The position numbers and the translations under genes are program-made. From the NCBI RefSeq assembly GCF_001458695.1, contig NZ_LN885086.1, positions 870,001 through 902,000 on the forward strand: a stretch of DNA of 32,000 nt, given 5' to 3'. Under the pieces are notes generated by a model. That model saw only the letters and a program-made list of their open reading frames with translations. It did not search any database and was not told the origin of the DNA. The DNA comes from Candidatus Nitrospira inopinata (GTDB lineage Bacteria > Nitrospirota > Nitrospiria > Nitrospirales > Nitrospiraceae). Numbering within the stretch: the first letter of the stretch is position 1; each line of letters starts with the position of its first letter. Shown in pieces: positions 17,393-24,228 of this stretch.

Positions 17393-17420
17393 AGGTGTCC
17401 GTAAAATCGGGGCAGAACCC
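17393..17420. repeat. terminal inverted repeat of the IS3 remnant (transposase 5' end)
   Basis: The reverse complement reads GGGTTCTGCCCCGATTTTACGGACACCT. Confidence 0.8.
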
Positions 17421-17662
17421 CTGGGGAAAAACGCAAGGGAAGAAAGTGCATGACCTGCGAAAACTGCACGATCCATCCATCGGGCACCGTAGCTTCTGCC
17501 ACAATCTGGCGTTGCAGCACGCGCACAGCGATGATGGTCAGCCCGATAACAGATTAAGTTCAACTAATTTATCAACCCCTCTCTGTAAGACCTCGACTGT
17601 GAGAAAAGATCAATATTTGCTTGGTGACCACAATCGACACTTTGGCAGGCAGGAGTGCTCTC

Positions 17663-18133
17663 ATGCGACGTATTTCATTACGGAAAGCCGATAGGGGATA
17701 TGGTTCGATGTTAATGGCCTGGATGAAGCTCCGGAAGTTTAGAACGATCTCAAAAGTGCGAGCATCGCATTGGGTCATAAATAACTACCTCCATCTTCTT
17801 CTCAAACATGCTCGAACACGGAAGACAAAAGCGGGCACGCTGAGCTGGCTTTTTAGCTTCGCCCATCACGAGTGGCCGCGCGAACGATTCTATGTGTGCC
17901 TCCGCTGTGGGATGAACATGATCGTCCTCACACGGAAAGACATCAGCGATTTGGAAGCTCGCTCCTTATTTCGCACCTCCCTCAGATGGGTGAAAGTGGA
18001 GGCTGATCGAAAGGGCTATTGGAAAATTACCGGATCGAATGGAAAAGCGCTGCCCATCACAAGCGAAAAAGGGCTCGGCTTTTTTCTGTTGCACGAGCCC
18101 TCCAACACATCACCCCGGCTCAGGGTCGTCTGA
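17663..18133 (+). CDS. hypothetical protein (ORFan) in a lower-GC islet
   Basis: ATG at 17663 is preceded by AGGAG with a 7-nt spacing. The 156-aa basic protein has no recognised domain. Base composition is visibly lower in GC than the neighbours. A minus-strand terminator-like hairpin lies inside its 3' end, which lowers confidence. Confidence 0.4.
   Translation: MRRISLRKADRGYGSMLMAWMKLRKFRTISKVRASHWVINNYLHLLLKHARTRKTKAGTLSWLFSFAHHEWPRERFYVCLRCGMNMIVLTRKDISDLEARSLFRTSLRWVKVEADRKGYWKITGSNGKALPITSEKGLGFFLLHEPSNTSPRLRVV
18065..18101 (-). terminator. candidate intrinsic terminator downstream of the DUF2442 gene
   Basis: The minus strand reads AGGGCTCG, a 16-nt loop, CGAGCCCT, then TTTTT. This is a perfect 8-bp GC-rich stem (18070-18077 / 18094-18101). 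The loop is larger than usual. Confidence 0.35.
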
Positions 18134-18251
18134 AGCGGCACGAGGGCCCGAAGCCTCACAAAGGGGCGGCTTGCCACCGAACTGCTGTCTACCCCCCTGG
18201 CGACTGTGCTCACCTCGCAGATTCAGCAACTTTCTTAGCCGAAACACGTTC

Positions 18252-18527
18252 TCATTCCCTGGCAAGGGCGGCGAACGCCTTTTTGTGCTGGGGCCAATCG
18301 TGGAGCGTCGCGGGATCACAGTCAGCGCCGTTCGGCCAGACCAGAGTCTTGACCTCCGGGTCAATGGTCACTTGGTTGAACAGTTGTAGGTCGAGCAGCG
18401 GACCATAGAGTTCGCCGACCAGAACCGGTTTCAAATAGATGACTTGCTCCGTGTTGTCGGTAAATTGCACTCGCAGCGTATAGGGTTCGACAACCTCGAA
18501 GGCGCGAACCGTGGCATTCTGCGGCAA
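18252..18527 (-). CDS. DUF2442 domain protein
   Basis: 91 aa. The pattern VVEPYTLRVQFTDNTEQVIYLKPVL...LYGPLLDLQLFNQVTIDPEVKTLVWPNGADCDPATLH matches the DUF2442 consensus (Y.L.v.F.DG....dl.p.l....f..L.d...F..v.vd..g.l.WpnG.D..Pd.L). Confidence 0.75.
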   Translation of the reverse strand: MPQNATVRAFEVVEPYTLRVQFTDNTEQVIYLKPVLVGELYGPLLDLQLFNQVTIDPEVKTLVWPNGADCDPATLHDWPQHKKAFAALARE

Positions 18528-18557
18528 CCGGATCCGGTCTGGTTGAGGCGAGAGTCC

Positions 18558-18772
18558 TCATTGCCGCTTCTCCGATAACCCTCCTTCCTGCTGGATGAGC
18601 GGCGTAACGTCCCAATTCATCAACCGCTTCGTAGGACAATGATTCCGGCATCGTCGTTGCTGAGGGAAAAGTTGTGAGGAATCCCTTGCTCTCTGACTCT
18701 GACAGACCGGTGGGGCAATATGTGCACCAGTTGGATCGAGCAAACGGGGCGCAAGCCGTTCTTTGTGAGCAT
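18558..18772 (-). pseudogene. possible DUF4160-like gene, frameshifted or truncated
   Basis: The frame from ATG 18772 gives MLTKNGLRPVCSIQLVHILPHRSVRVREQG..., resembling the DUF4160 N-terminus with its H.PPH.HV motif, and stops at 18620. The next frame continues with KRLMNWDVTPLIQQEGG and stops at 18558, 30 nt before the DUF2442 start. This position matches the usual DUF4160-DUF2442 gene pair. Similarity is weak. Confidence 0.35.
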
Positions 18773-18807
18773 GGAGCCCCTTTGCTGACCGCGAGAGACA
18801 AAAACCA

Positions 18808-18834
18808 TTTCTTCACCCTTTCACGAAGGAGGAG
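18808..18834 (+). promoter_or_regulatory. candidate Shine-Dalgarno-occluding hairpin (RNA-thermometer-like) in the hsp20 leader
   Basis: UUUCUUC (18808-18814) can pair with GAAGGAG (18825-18831). This gives 7 bp including 2 G-U pairs, with a 10-nt loop. The stem covers the GAAGGAGGAG ribosome-binding site located 5 nt before the ATG at 18840. Confidence 0.3.
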
Positions 18835-18839
18835 TCGCT

Positions 18840-19337
18840 ATGGCCAAGACAGAAGACAAGGCGCTCGTGACCAAGAAACCCCGTGAGCTTACCTCGCGGG
18901 TGGAAGACCTCGAACAGTGGATGGACCGGTTCATGGATGACTTGTGGCGTCGTCCACTGCCCAGTCTGTTTGGATGGGATCGATGGCTCTCTCATCGACC
19001 CTTCGCGTGGCGCATGCCGGCGATCGATGTGTACGAGGAGAAAGACACGGTCGTGGTCAAGGCTGAACTACCGGGGATGAGCAAAGATGACATCGAGGTC
19101 ACACTGACCGGCGACACCTTGACGCTCAAGGGTGAGAAAAAAGAAGAACACGAAACGAGAGAAGGCGACTACTACCGCCGCGAGCGGTCGTACGGCTCGT
19201 TTGCGCGAACCGTCGAACTGCCCTGCGAGGTCAAGCAGGATGAGATCAAGGCATCGTTCAAGGACGGCGTGCTCGACATTCGTTTGCCCAAGACCGAAGA
19301 GGCCAAGAAGAAATCCATCGCCGTGAAGATTGACTAG
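18840..19337 (+). CDS. Hsp20/alpha-crystallin family small heat-shock protein
   Basis: Alpha-crystallin domain: AIDVYEEKDTVVVKAELPGMSKDDIEVTLTGDTLTLKGEKK...ERSYGSFARTVELPCEVKQDEIKASFKDGVLDIRLPK. Strong Shine-Dalgarno sequence GAAGGAGGAG. Confidence 0.9.
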   Translation: MAKTEDKALVTKKPRELTSRVEDLEQWMDRFMDDLWRRPLPSLFGWDRWLSHRPFAWRMPAIDVYEEKDTVVVKAELPGMSKDDIEVTLTGDTLTLKGEKKEEHETREGDYYRRERSYGSFARTVELPCEVKQDEIKASFKDGVLDIRLPKTEEAKKKSIAVKID

Positions 19338-19361
19338 CCCGTTGCGGAGGAGGGAACCCTC

Positions 19362-19559
19362 GTGGCACTCTCCGAGCGATATCGACGAGGTATGACCCTG
19401 TGCCTTCTTGTGGGCGGATGGCTCAGCCTCATGGCCTGCCATCCGCCGACACCAAGGGTGGAAAGGGTTGTGTCGTCGGTGGCAGTCGCCCCGCTCCCGT
19501 CCGAGACTGACGGGATGTCCCGAGCGTCTTATCACCGTCTCACCGACCGACTTTCGTGA
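19362..19559 (+). CDS. small putative lipoprotein
   Basis: The GTG at 19362 has GGAGGAGGG 7 nt upstream. The N-terminus VALSERYRRGMTLCLLVGGWLSLMAC has a positive n-region, an h-region and an L-M-A-C lipobox. Only 65 aa, with no known domain. Confidence 0.4.
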   Translation: MALSERYRRGMTLCLLVGGWLSLMACHPPTPRVERVVSSVAVAPLPSETDGMSRASYHRLTDRLS

Positions 19560-19746
19560 ATCTCCCAAGAGCCGATTCTCCCGATTAGTTAGAAACGGAG
19601 AGGGGGATTCCTTCACATCGGTTCCTTCAACATTCTCCTTCCATGATGGATCAGCCCCCTCAAAAGAAGGGGGGAACTCTCTTTTCCTCTCCTCAACATT
19701 GCCCTCTTCTCGTCTCTTATGGCATTATTGGCGGTCTTGGAGGCAC

Positions 19747-20286
19747 ATGGGTTCTTTATTGGAATACGTCGGGTGCGTGCACATTTTCCTCGGGCCCTAT
19801 CGAGGAAACCCCATCGCTCTCTATCTGAAGCGCACTGAATCCGGTTGCCTGATCAGTCCCAAGGTCTACCCCTGGAACGACGTCGTGGGAGTCGGTGATA
19901 CGCCGAACAGGGCCGCCGCGGACTTTGAGGAGAAATGGAAAGCCCGAGGATTAACGCCTGATATGTACTCCGGCCCGTCATGGGAGGGAGGTATCAAGCC
20001 GGAACGACCGGCGCCGCCCAAACCGGCCGCTCCACCAAAACCCGCAGCGCCGGCGGCAGGATCGGCACCGGCAAGCCCACCTCCTGCTTCCCCTGATCCG
20101 ACATCGCCCGATCGAGCCTCCAGCGCACCAGTTGCCGCAAATCACTCTTCACCAGCAGCTCCTGCTCCTCCCCAACCGGAATTGACAGCCGCCGCTTCAT
20201 CCGCCGGCGCCCAATCTTCCGCCGCCCAACCAGCCGTCTCCGCCGCTCACGCTGACGTTGCCAATCCCCAGCCATCAGGTTCGTGA
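19747..20286 (+). CDS. hypothetical protein: about 84-aa globular N-terminal part plus about 95-aa Pro/Ala/Ser-rich low-complexity tail
   Basis: ATG at 19747 follows GGAGG (short 3-nt spacing). Upstream of it the ORF-track frame is Arg/Ser/Trp-rich and not protein-like. The tail contains PPKPAAPPKPAAP repeats. Confidence 0.5.
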   Translation: MGSLLEYVGCVHIFLGPYRGNPIALYLKRTESGCLISPKVYPWNDVVGVGDTPNRAAADFEEKWKARGLTPDMYSGPSWEGGIKPERPAPPKPAAPPKPAAPAAGSAPASPPPASPDPTSPDRASSAPVAANHSSPAAPAPPQPELTAAASSAGAQSSAAQPAVSAAHADVANPQPSGS

Positions 20287-20308
20287 AGCCTCTTCTCGAC
20301 CTCTTTCT

Positions 20309-20341
20309 AAAACGCATCGTATGCCTTTGCAAAGCAACGAT
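20309..20341 (-). terminator. candidate terminator hairpin in the convergent gap after the acyl-CoA ligase operon
   Basis: ATCGT/ACGAT outer stem (20316-20320 / 20337-20341) plus an inner TGCCTTTG/CAAAGCA stem. On the minus strand, GCGTTTT follows. The U-run is short and offset by 3 nt. Confidence 0.3.
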
Positions 20342-20405
20342 CAGCCCCGCCTTCGCAAGGTTCGTCGTTCGCATGCCACCGTCCTCTCCCAACGGCACCG
20401 GTCGT

Positions 20406-22127
20406 TCATCGTTGAACATCATCCCTGAATTGGTGATTCCGGTAAGCCGCCAGGATGGGAGCCAGACAGGTCTTCAGTTCTAATCGTTTGGGTTTGCCGG
20501 TTGAAGTGTAGGGGACTTCATGGCCGAAGAGGATCACCTTGGGGCACCGGGCAAAGGGCAGGCGGCTCCGGCAATGGGCCCGCACGTCGGCCTCGGTGAC
20601 CGATCCGGCCCCTGCTCGCAGAACGACATAGGCGGCGATCTCCTCGCCATAGTAGCGGTGTTCGAATGGCACCGCCATGGCGAACTGCACCGCCGGGTGG
20701 CTCCTCAAGACCCCGTCGATCTCCAGAGGCGAGATGTTCACGCCCCCGCGGATGATCAGCTCTTTTAATCGTCCAGAGATGAAGAAGAACGGCCGACCCT
20801 GCTCATCTCGTTCGTAGAAGCCCTCGTCGCCGGAACGGAACCAGCCCCATTGGAAGGCCGTTTCGTTCGCGTCGTCCCGCTTGAAGTAGCCGGCGCAGAC
20901 GGTCCAGCCACGGATACAGATTTCTCCCCTCGCCCCGGGCGGCAGCAGTTCACCCTTCCCATCAAGAATGGCCATATCGTTGTGCGGAAGCGGCAGGCCG
21001 ATGGAGGGAAACTCATAGTCGCTCAACCAGTGGCGATGTTCGGCGGGATTAAGATCGTTCGGCAAGAAACAGGCATAACAGGTCGTCTCCGACAAGCCGT
21101 AGCCGTGTCTGATGGGAAACCGGAACCGGTCTTCAAACCGCCGGGCCGTTTCCGTGAGCAACGGCCCGGCGCCGCAGATCACTCCGCCGAACCGATCCAA
21201 CCGATAGGGCGAGAGGTCTTCATCGGCGTCGAGCAGAAATTCCAGCACCGTCGGGACGACACTGACGCAGGTGACCTGTTCCTCGTGCATCCGTTTCCAA
21301 AACAGACCGCTCTTGAACTTGCGATTCAGCACCACACTGCCGCCGCAATAGAACGGCGTCACCAGCGTCACGACGATGCCGTTCACATGATGGATCGGCA
21401 GCACGCACATCAACCGATCCTCTCGCCCGAACCGGTGCCATCCGGCGATTGCATCCGCATCCGTCAAGAGATTCGCGACGGTCAGCACGACTCCCTTTGG
21501 CTGACCGGTGGTGCCGGACGTATAGACGATGAGGGCCTCGTCCTCCAGCGAGGGGGCAGGAGCCGGAGTCGAGCCACCGAGCGAGCGAGCCGGTTTTATC
21601 CCGCGAGCCGTCTGTTTCCGGTGCTCGACGACCCCATCTTCGTCCATGACAACCACATGCCGGAGCGAAGGCGCGTCATCCAGGAAGTCCATCGCCTCGT
21701 CGAGGTGCGTTTCCCAGCAACAGACGGCCGACGCCTCCGCATGTTCAATGATGAACCGCTTCTTTTCCGTCGATTCGTCGAGATTGATCGGCACGACCGT
21801 GATCCCGGAGACCCAGGCGGCGAAAGAGAGGACGACGGTCTGGTCGTGATTAAAGAGCATCGTTGCCAACCGGTCGCCGCGCTCAAGACCAACCCGCTCT
21901 CGCAGATAGGAGGCCATCTCCTGGACAGCAACGCCGAATGCTCCATAGGTCCAGGCCCGGCGCCGGTCCTCGTCGCAATAGATCAGAAACGTTCGGTCGC
22001 TCAATCCGCGATCGGTCACTCGGGATGTGAAAAACTCCTCAAAGGACGACCAGGGGAACATTGGCCGTTCCCCCTCCATCCTTCTGGCCTGCGCGATCCG
22101 TTCAGCGACGGTCGTCAAGAGCGACAT
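20406..22127 (-). CDS. AMP-dependent acyl-CoA synthetase/ligase (class I adenylate-forming enzyme)
   Basis: Motifs IVYTSGTTGQPKGV (A3), GYGLSETT (A5), WFRSGDEG...GRLKELIIRGGVNISPLEID (A7/A8) and STGKPKR (A10). The start overlaps the upstream citrate-synthase gene by 26 nt. Confidence 0.9.
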   Translation of the reverse strand: MSLLTTVAERIAQARRMEGERPMFPWSSFEEFFTSRVTDRGLSDRTFLIYCDEDRRRAWTYGAFGVAVQEMASYLRERVGLERGDRLATMLFNHDQTVVLSFAAWVSGITVVPINLDESTEKKRFIIEHAEASAVCCWETHLDEAMDFLDDAPSLRHVVVMDEDGVVEHRKQTARGIKPARSLGGSTPAPAPSLEDEALIVYTSGTTGQPKGVVLTVANLLTDADAIAGWHRFGREDRLMCVLPIHHVNGIVVTLVTPFYCGGSVVLNRKFKSGLFWKRMHEEQVTCVSVVPTVLEFLLDADEDLSPYRLDRFGGVICGAGPLLTETARRFEDRFRFPIRHGYGLSETTCYACFLPNDLNPAEHRHWLSDYEFPSIGLPLPHNDMAILDGKGELLPPGARGEICIRGWTVCAGYFKRDDANETAFQWGWFRSGDEGFYERDEQGRPFFFISGRLKELIIRGGVNISPLEIDGVLRSHPAVQFAMAVPFEHRYYGEEIAAYVVLRAGAGSVTEADVRAHCRSRLPFARCPKVILFGHEVPYTSTGKPKRLELKTCLAPILAAYRNHQFRDDVQR

Positions 22128-23262
22128 AGGCCTCCGGCGCCGGTCCCTTATAAAGGGCCCTCGGCCTGATCAATCGATTCTGCTCCTGCTGTTCGATCAC
22201 ATGGGCACACCAGCCGGCGATGCGGGAACAGACGAACAACGGCGTATAGAGCGCCCGTGGAATGCCCATCAGCACATAGGCCACCGCCGTATAGAAATCG
22301 AGATTGGGATAGAGCCCCTTCTCCCGCCTCATCACGTGATCGACGGCGAGCGCGATGTCGTACCAGCGCCGGTCGCCGCACAGATCGCTCAACCGCGCCG
22401 CCTCGCGCTGAATGATGTCCGAACGGACATCCCCGTGCTTGAGCACCCGGTGACCGAATCCCATGATCCGCTTCTTCTCGGCCAGGGCCTCCTTGACCCA
22501 AGCCTCGGCCCGATCGGGGCTTCCGATGGAGACGAACATCTCCGCCACCGCCTCGTTGGCTCCGCCATGGAGCGGCCCCTTCAACGTGCCGATTGCGGCG
22601 GTCACGGCGGAGTAGAGGTCCGTCAGGGTCGAGGCGGTGACACGGGCCGAAAAGGTCGAGGCATTGAATTCATGTTCCGCATAGAGAATCAGCGAAACGT
22701 CCAGCACCCTGGCCATCGCCCTCGCCCTCTCATCTTCGTCCGCCTTCAAGCCCGTCAGGTACAACAGCAAATTCTCCGCGAAGCTCAGATGCGGTTGTCG
22801 TGGCACCAACTCAGCGCCCATCGCCAAGCGATGGGCCGTGGCAATGACCAGTGGGATCTGCGCCAACAGCCTGATCGACATCCGAAGGGTTGCCTCGCGG
22901 GAACGGTGACGACTGTCCGGATCGAGCAGCCCCAGCCACGACACGGCGGTTCGCAACATGTCCATCGGATGAGCATCAGAAGGGAGCGTCGCGAGAAATG
23001 CCACGATGCGATCCGGCAGCACGGATCGCGCGGCGAGGTCGGCGGAAAAGTCCGTGAGTTCTTTTCTCGTCGGCAGTTTGCCGAACAGGAGCAGGTAGGC
23101 CACTTCCTCGAACATCGCCTGTTCCGCCAGGTCGCCGACCGCATAGCCTCGGTACCGCAGTCCCGCTCCCCCTTCATCGACCTGACAGATGGCCGTCTCG
23201 CCGGCCGGCACCCCTTCGAGGCCGGGGCTATAGTGTTGCGTGACAGACTCAACGATCGGCAT
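22102..23262 (-). CDS. prpC: 2-methylcitrate synthase / citrate synthase family protein
   Basis: Motifs GLEGVPAGETAI, GLRYRGY, LILYAEHEFNAST, GPLHGGANEAV and MGFGHRVLKHGDVR. Length is about 386 aa (short-type citrate synthase). ATG at 23262 is preceded by AAGGAGGAGG. The ORF-track start at 23328 is an over-extension. Substrate is assigned from the neighbouring prpB/prpD genes. Confidence 0.8.
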   Translation of the reverse strand: MPIVESVTQHYSPGLEGVPAGETAICQVDEGGAGLRYRGYAVGDLAEQAMFEEVAYLLLFGKLPTRKELTDFSADLAARSVLPDRIVAFLATLPSDAHPMDMLRTAVSWLGLLDPDSRHRSREATLRMSIRLLAQIPLVIATAHRLAMGAELVPRQPHLSFAENLLLYLTGLKADEDERARAMARVLDVSLILYAEHEFNASTFSARVTASTLTDLYSAVTAAIGTLKGPLHGGANEAVAEMFVSIGSPDRAEAWVKEALAEKKRIMGFGHRVLKHGDVRSDIIQREAARLSDLCGDRRWYDIALAVDHVMRREKGLYPNLDFYTAVAYVLMGIPRALYTPLFVCSRIAGWCAHVIEQQEQNRLIRPRALYKGPAPEAYVALDDRR

Positions 23263-24172
23263 GGCCCTCCTCCTTGGCTTCACAGAGCCGGCTCCGCCGT
23301 TCATAGTCCTCATACCGCAGCAGGTCATAGAGTTCGTGCCTGGTCTGCATCCGTTCCAACAGGTGTCGCTGAGAGCCCAGGCGTTTTACTTCCGCCAGCA
23401 ATAGTTCGACGGCCTTGGCCGCCACCCGCAGGGCCGTCACAGGGAACAGCACCAAGCGGTAGCCGAGCGATTCGAACTCCGCCACACTCAAATACGGCGT
23501 CTTGCCGAACTCGGTCATGTTGGCGAGCAATGGAACCTTGGGTACCGCGCCCCTTTCGCCGGCAAGTCCCTCGGCAAATAAGCGGAACTCCTCAGCGGAC
23601 TCCAGCGCCTCTGGAAAGATCACATCGGCCCCCGCCTCGACGTAGGACCTGGCCCGTTTGACGGCTCCCTCCAGCCCCTCGACCGCCCGCGCGTCCGTTC
23701 GTGCGACGATCACCAACGTTGGATCGCGCCGGGCCTCACAGGCCGCGCGGATCTTGCTGGTCATCTCGTCGAGAGAGACCAGCCGTTTGCCAGGCAGGTG
23801 TCCGCACTTTTTGGGCAGGTCTTGGTCCTCAATCTGGATCCCCGCCAGCCCCGCCCGTTCACATTCCTCCACCGTGCGCATCACGGCCAGCGGAGGACCG
23901 AACCCCGTGTCCACATCCACGATTGCCGGGATCGACACGACCCGGGCGATTGCCGCCGCATCGGCCAACACCTCCGCCATGGACAGGAGGCCAAGGTCCG
24001 GAAGCCCTCTGGCCGCTGACAGGCCAGCCCCCGACACATAGAGGGCTTGGAACCCCGCCCGCTCGATTTGCAACGCCGTGAGCGCGTTGAACGCGCCGGG
24101 CAGCACGACGGTCCCTCGGTCGATCGCCTCCCGAAGCTTCGCACCCGGACTCCGGCTTTCACCCCTTGTCAT
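23249..24172 (-). CDS. prpB: methylisocitrate lyase (isocitrate lyase/PEP mutase superfamily)
   Basis: Motifs LPGAFNALTALQIERAGFQALYVSGAG, VDVDTGFG and IQIEDQDLPKKCGHLPGK (KKCGH catalytic loop). ATG at 24172 is preceded by AGGAAGGA. Confidence 0.8.
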   Translation of the reverse strand: MTRGESRSPGAKLREAIDRGTVVLPGAFNALTALQIERAGFQALYVSGAGLSAARGLPDLGLLSMAEVLADAAAIARVVSIPAIVDVDTGFGPPLAVMRTVEECERAGLAGIQIEDQDLPKKCGHLPGKRLVSLDEMTSKIRAACEARRDPTLVIVARTDARAVEGLEGAVKRARSYVEAGADVIFPEALESAEEFRLFAEGLAGERGAVPKVPLLANMTEFGKTPYLSVAEFESLGYRLVLFPVTALRVAAKAVELLLAEVKRLGSQRHLLERMQTRHELYDLLRYEDYERRSRLCEAKEEGHADR

Positions 24173-24228
24173 GCGCTTCCTTCCTGAGATCTGTCCCTCG
24201 TGATCCTCATCGCCCCGCACCATCCCTC

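Larger units (their letters stand above)
16806..17420 (-). mobile_element. IS3-family insertion sequence remnant, internally deleted (about 615 bp), both terminal inverted repeats retained
   Basis: Imperfect 28-bp terminal inverted repeats match at 23 of 28 positions. They enclose recognisable OrfA and the OrfB C-terminus of an IS3-family transposase. Confidence 0.8.

Noticed and set aside
17695-17712. GGTTCGA T-loop-like strings (also at 18484-18491 and 8801-8808) as possible tRNA genes or fragments at the island border.
   Set aside because: The flanking sequence cannot form T-arm stems or a cloverleaf, and two of the three lie inside coding sequence.
18750-18790. Sigma32-type heat-shock promoter upstream of hsp20 (CTTTGT ... 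CCCCTTTG).
   Set aside because: The spacing between the two elements is only about 10 nt, compared with the expected 13-17 nt. The -35 match is poor.
19994-20422. 142-aa minus-strand ORF opposite the Pro/Ala-rich tail, and the tail repeats as a possible non-coding tandem repeat or CRISPR-like array.
   Set aside because: The repeats are short, imperfect, in-frame codon repeats (PPKPAA). There is no spacer/repeat architecture. The antisense ORF is Arg-rich and overlaps the ligase 3' end.
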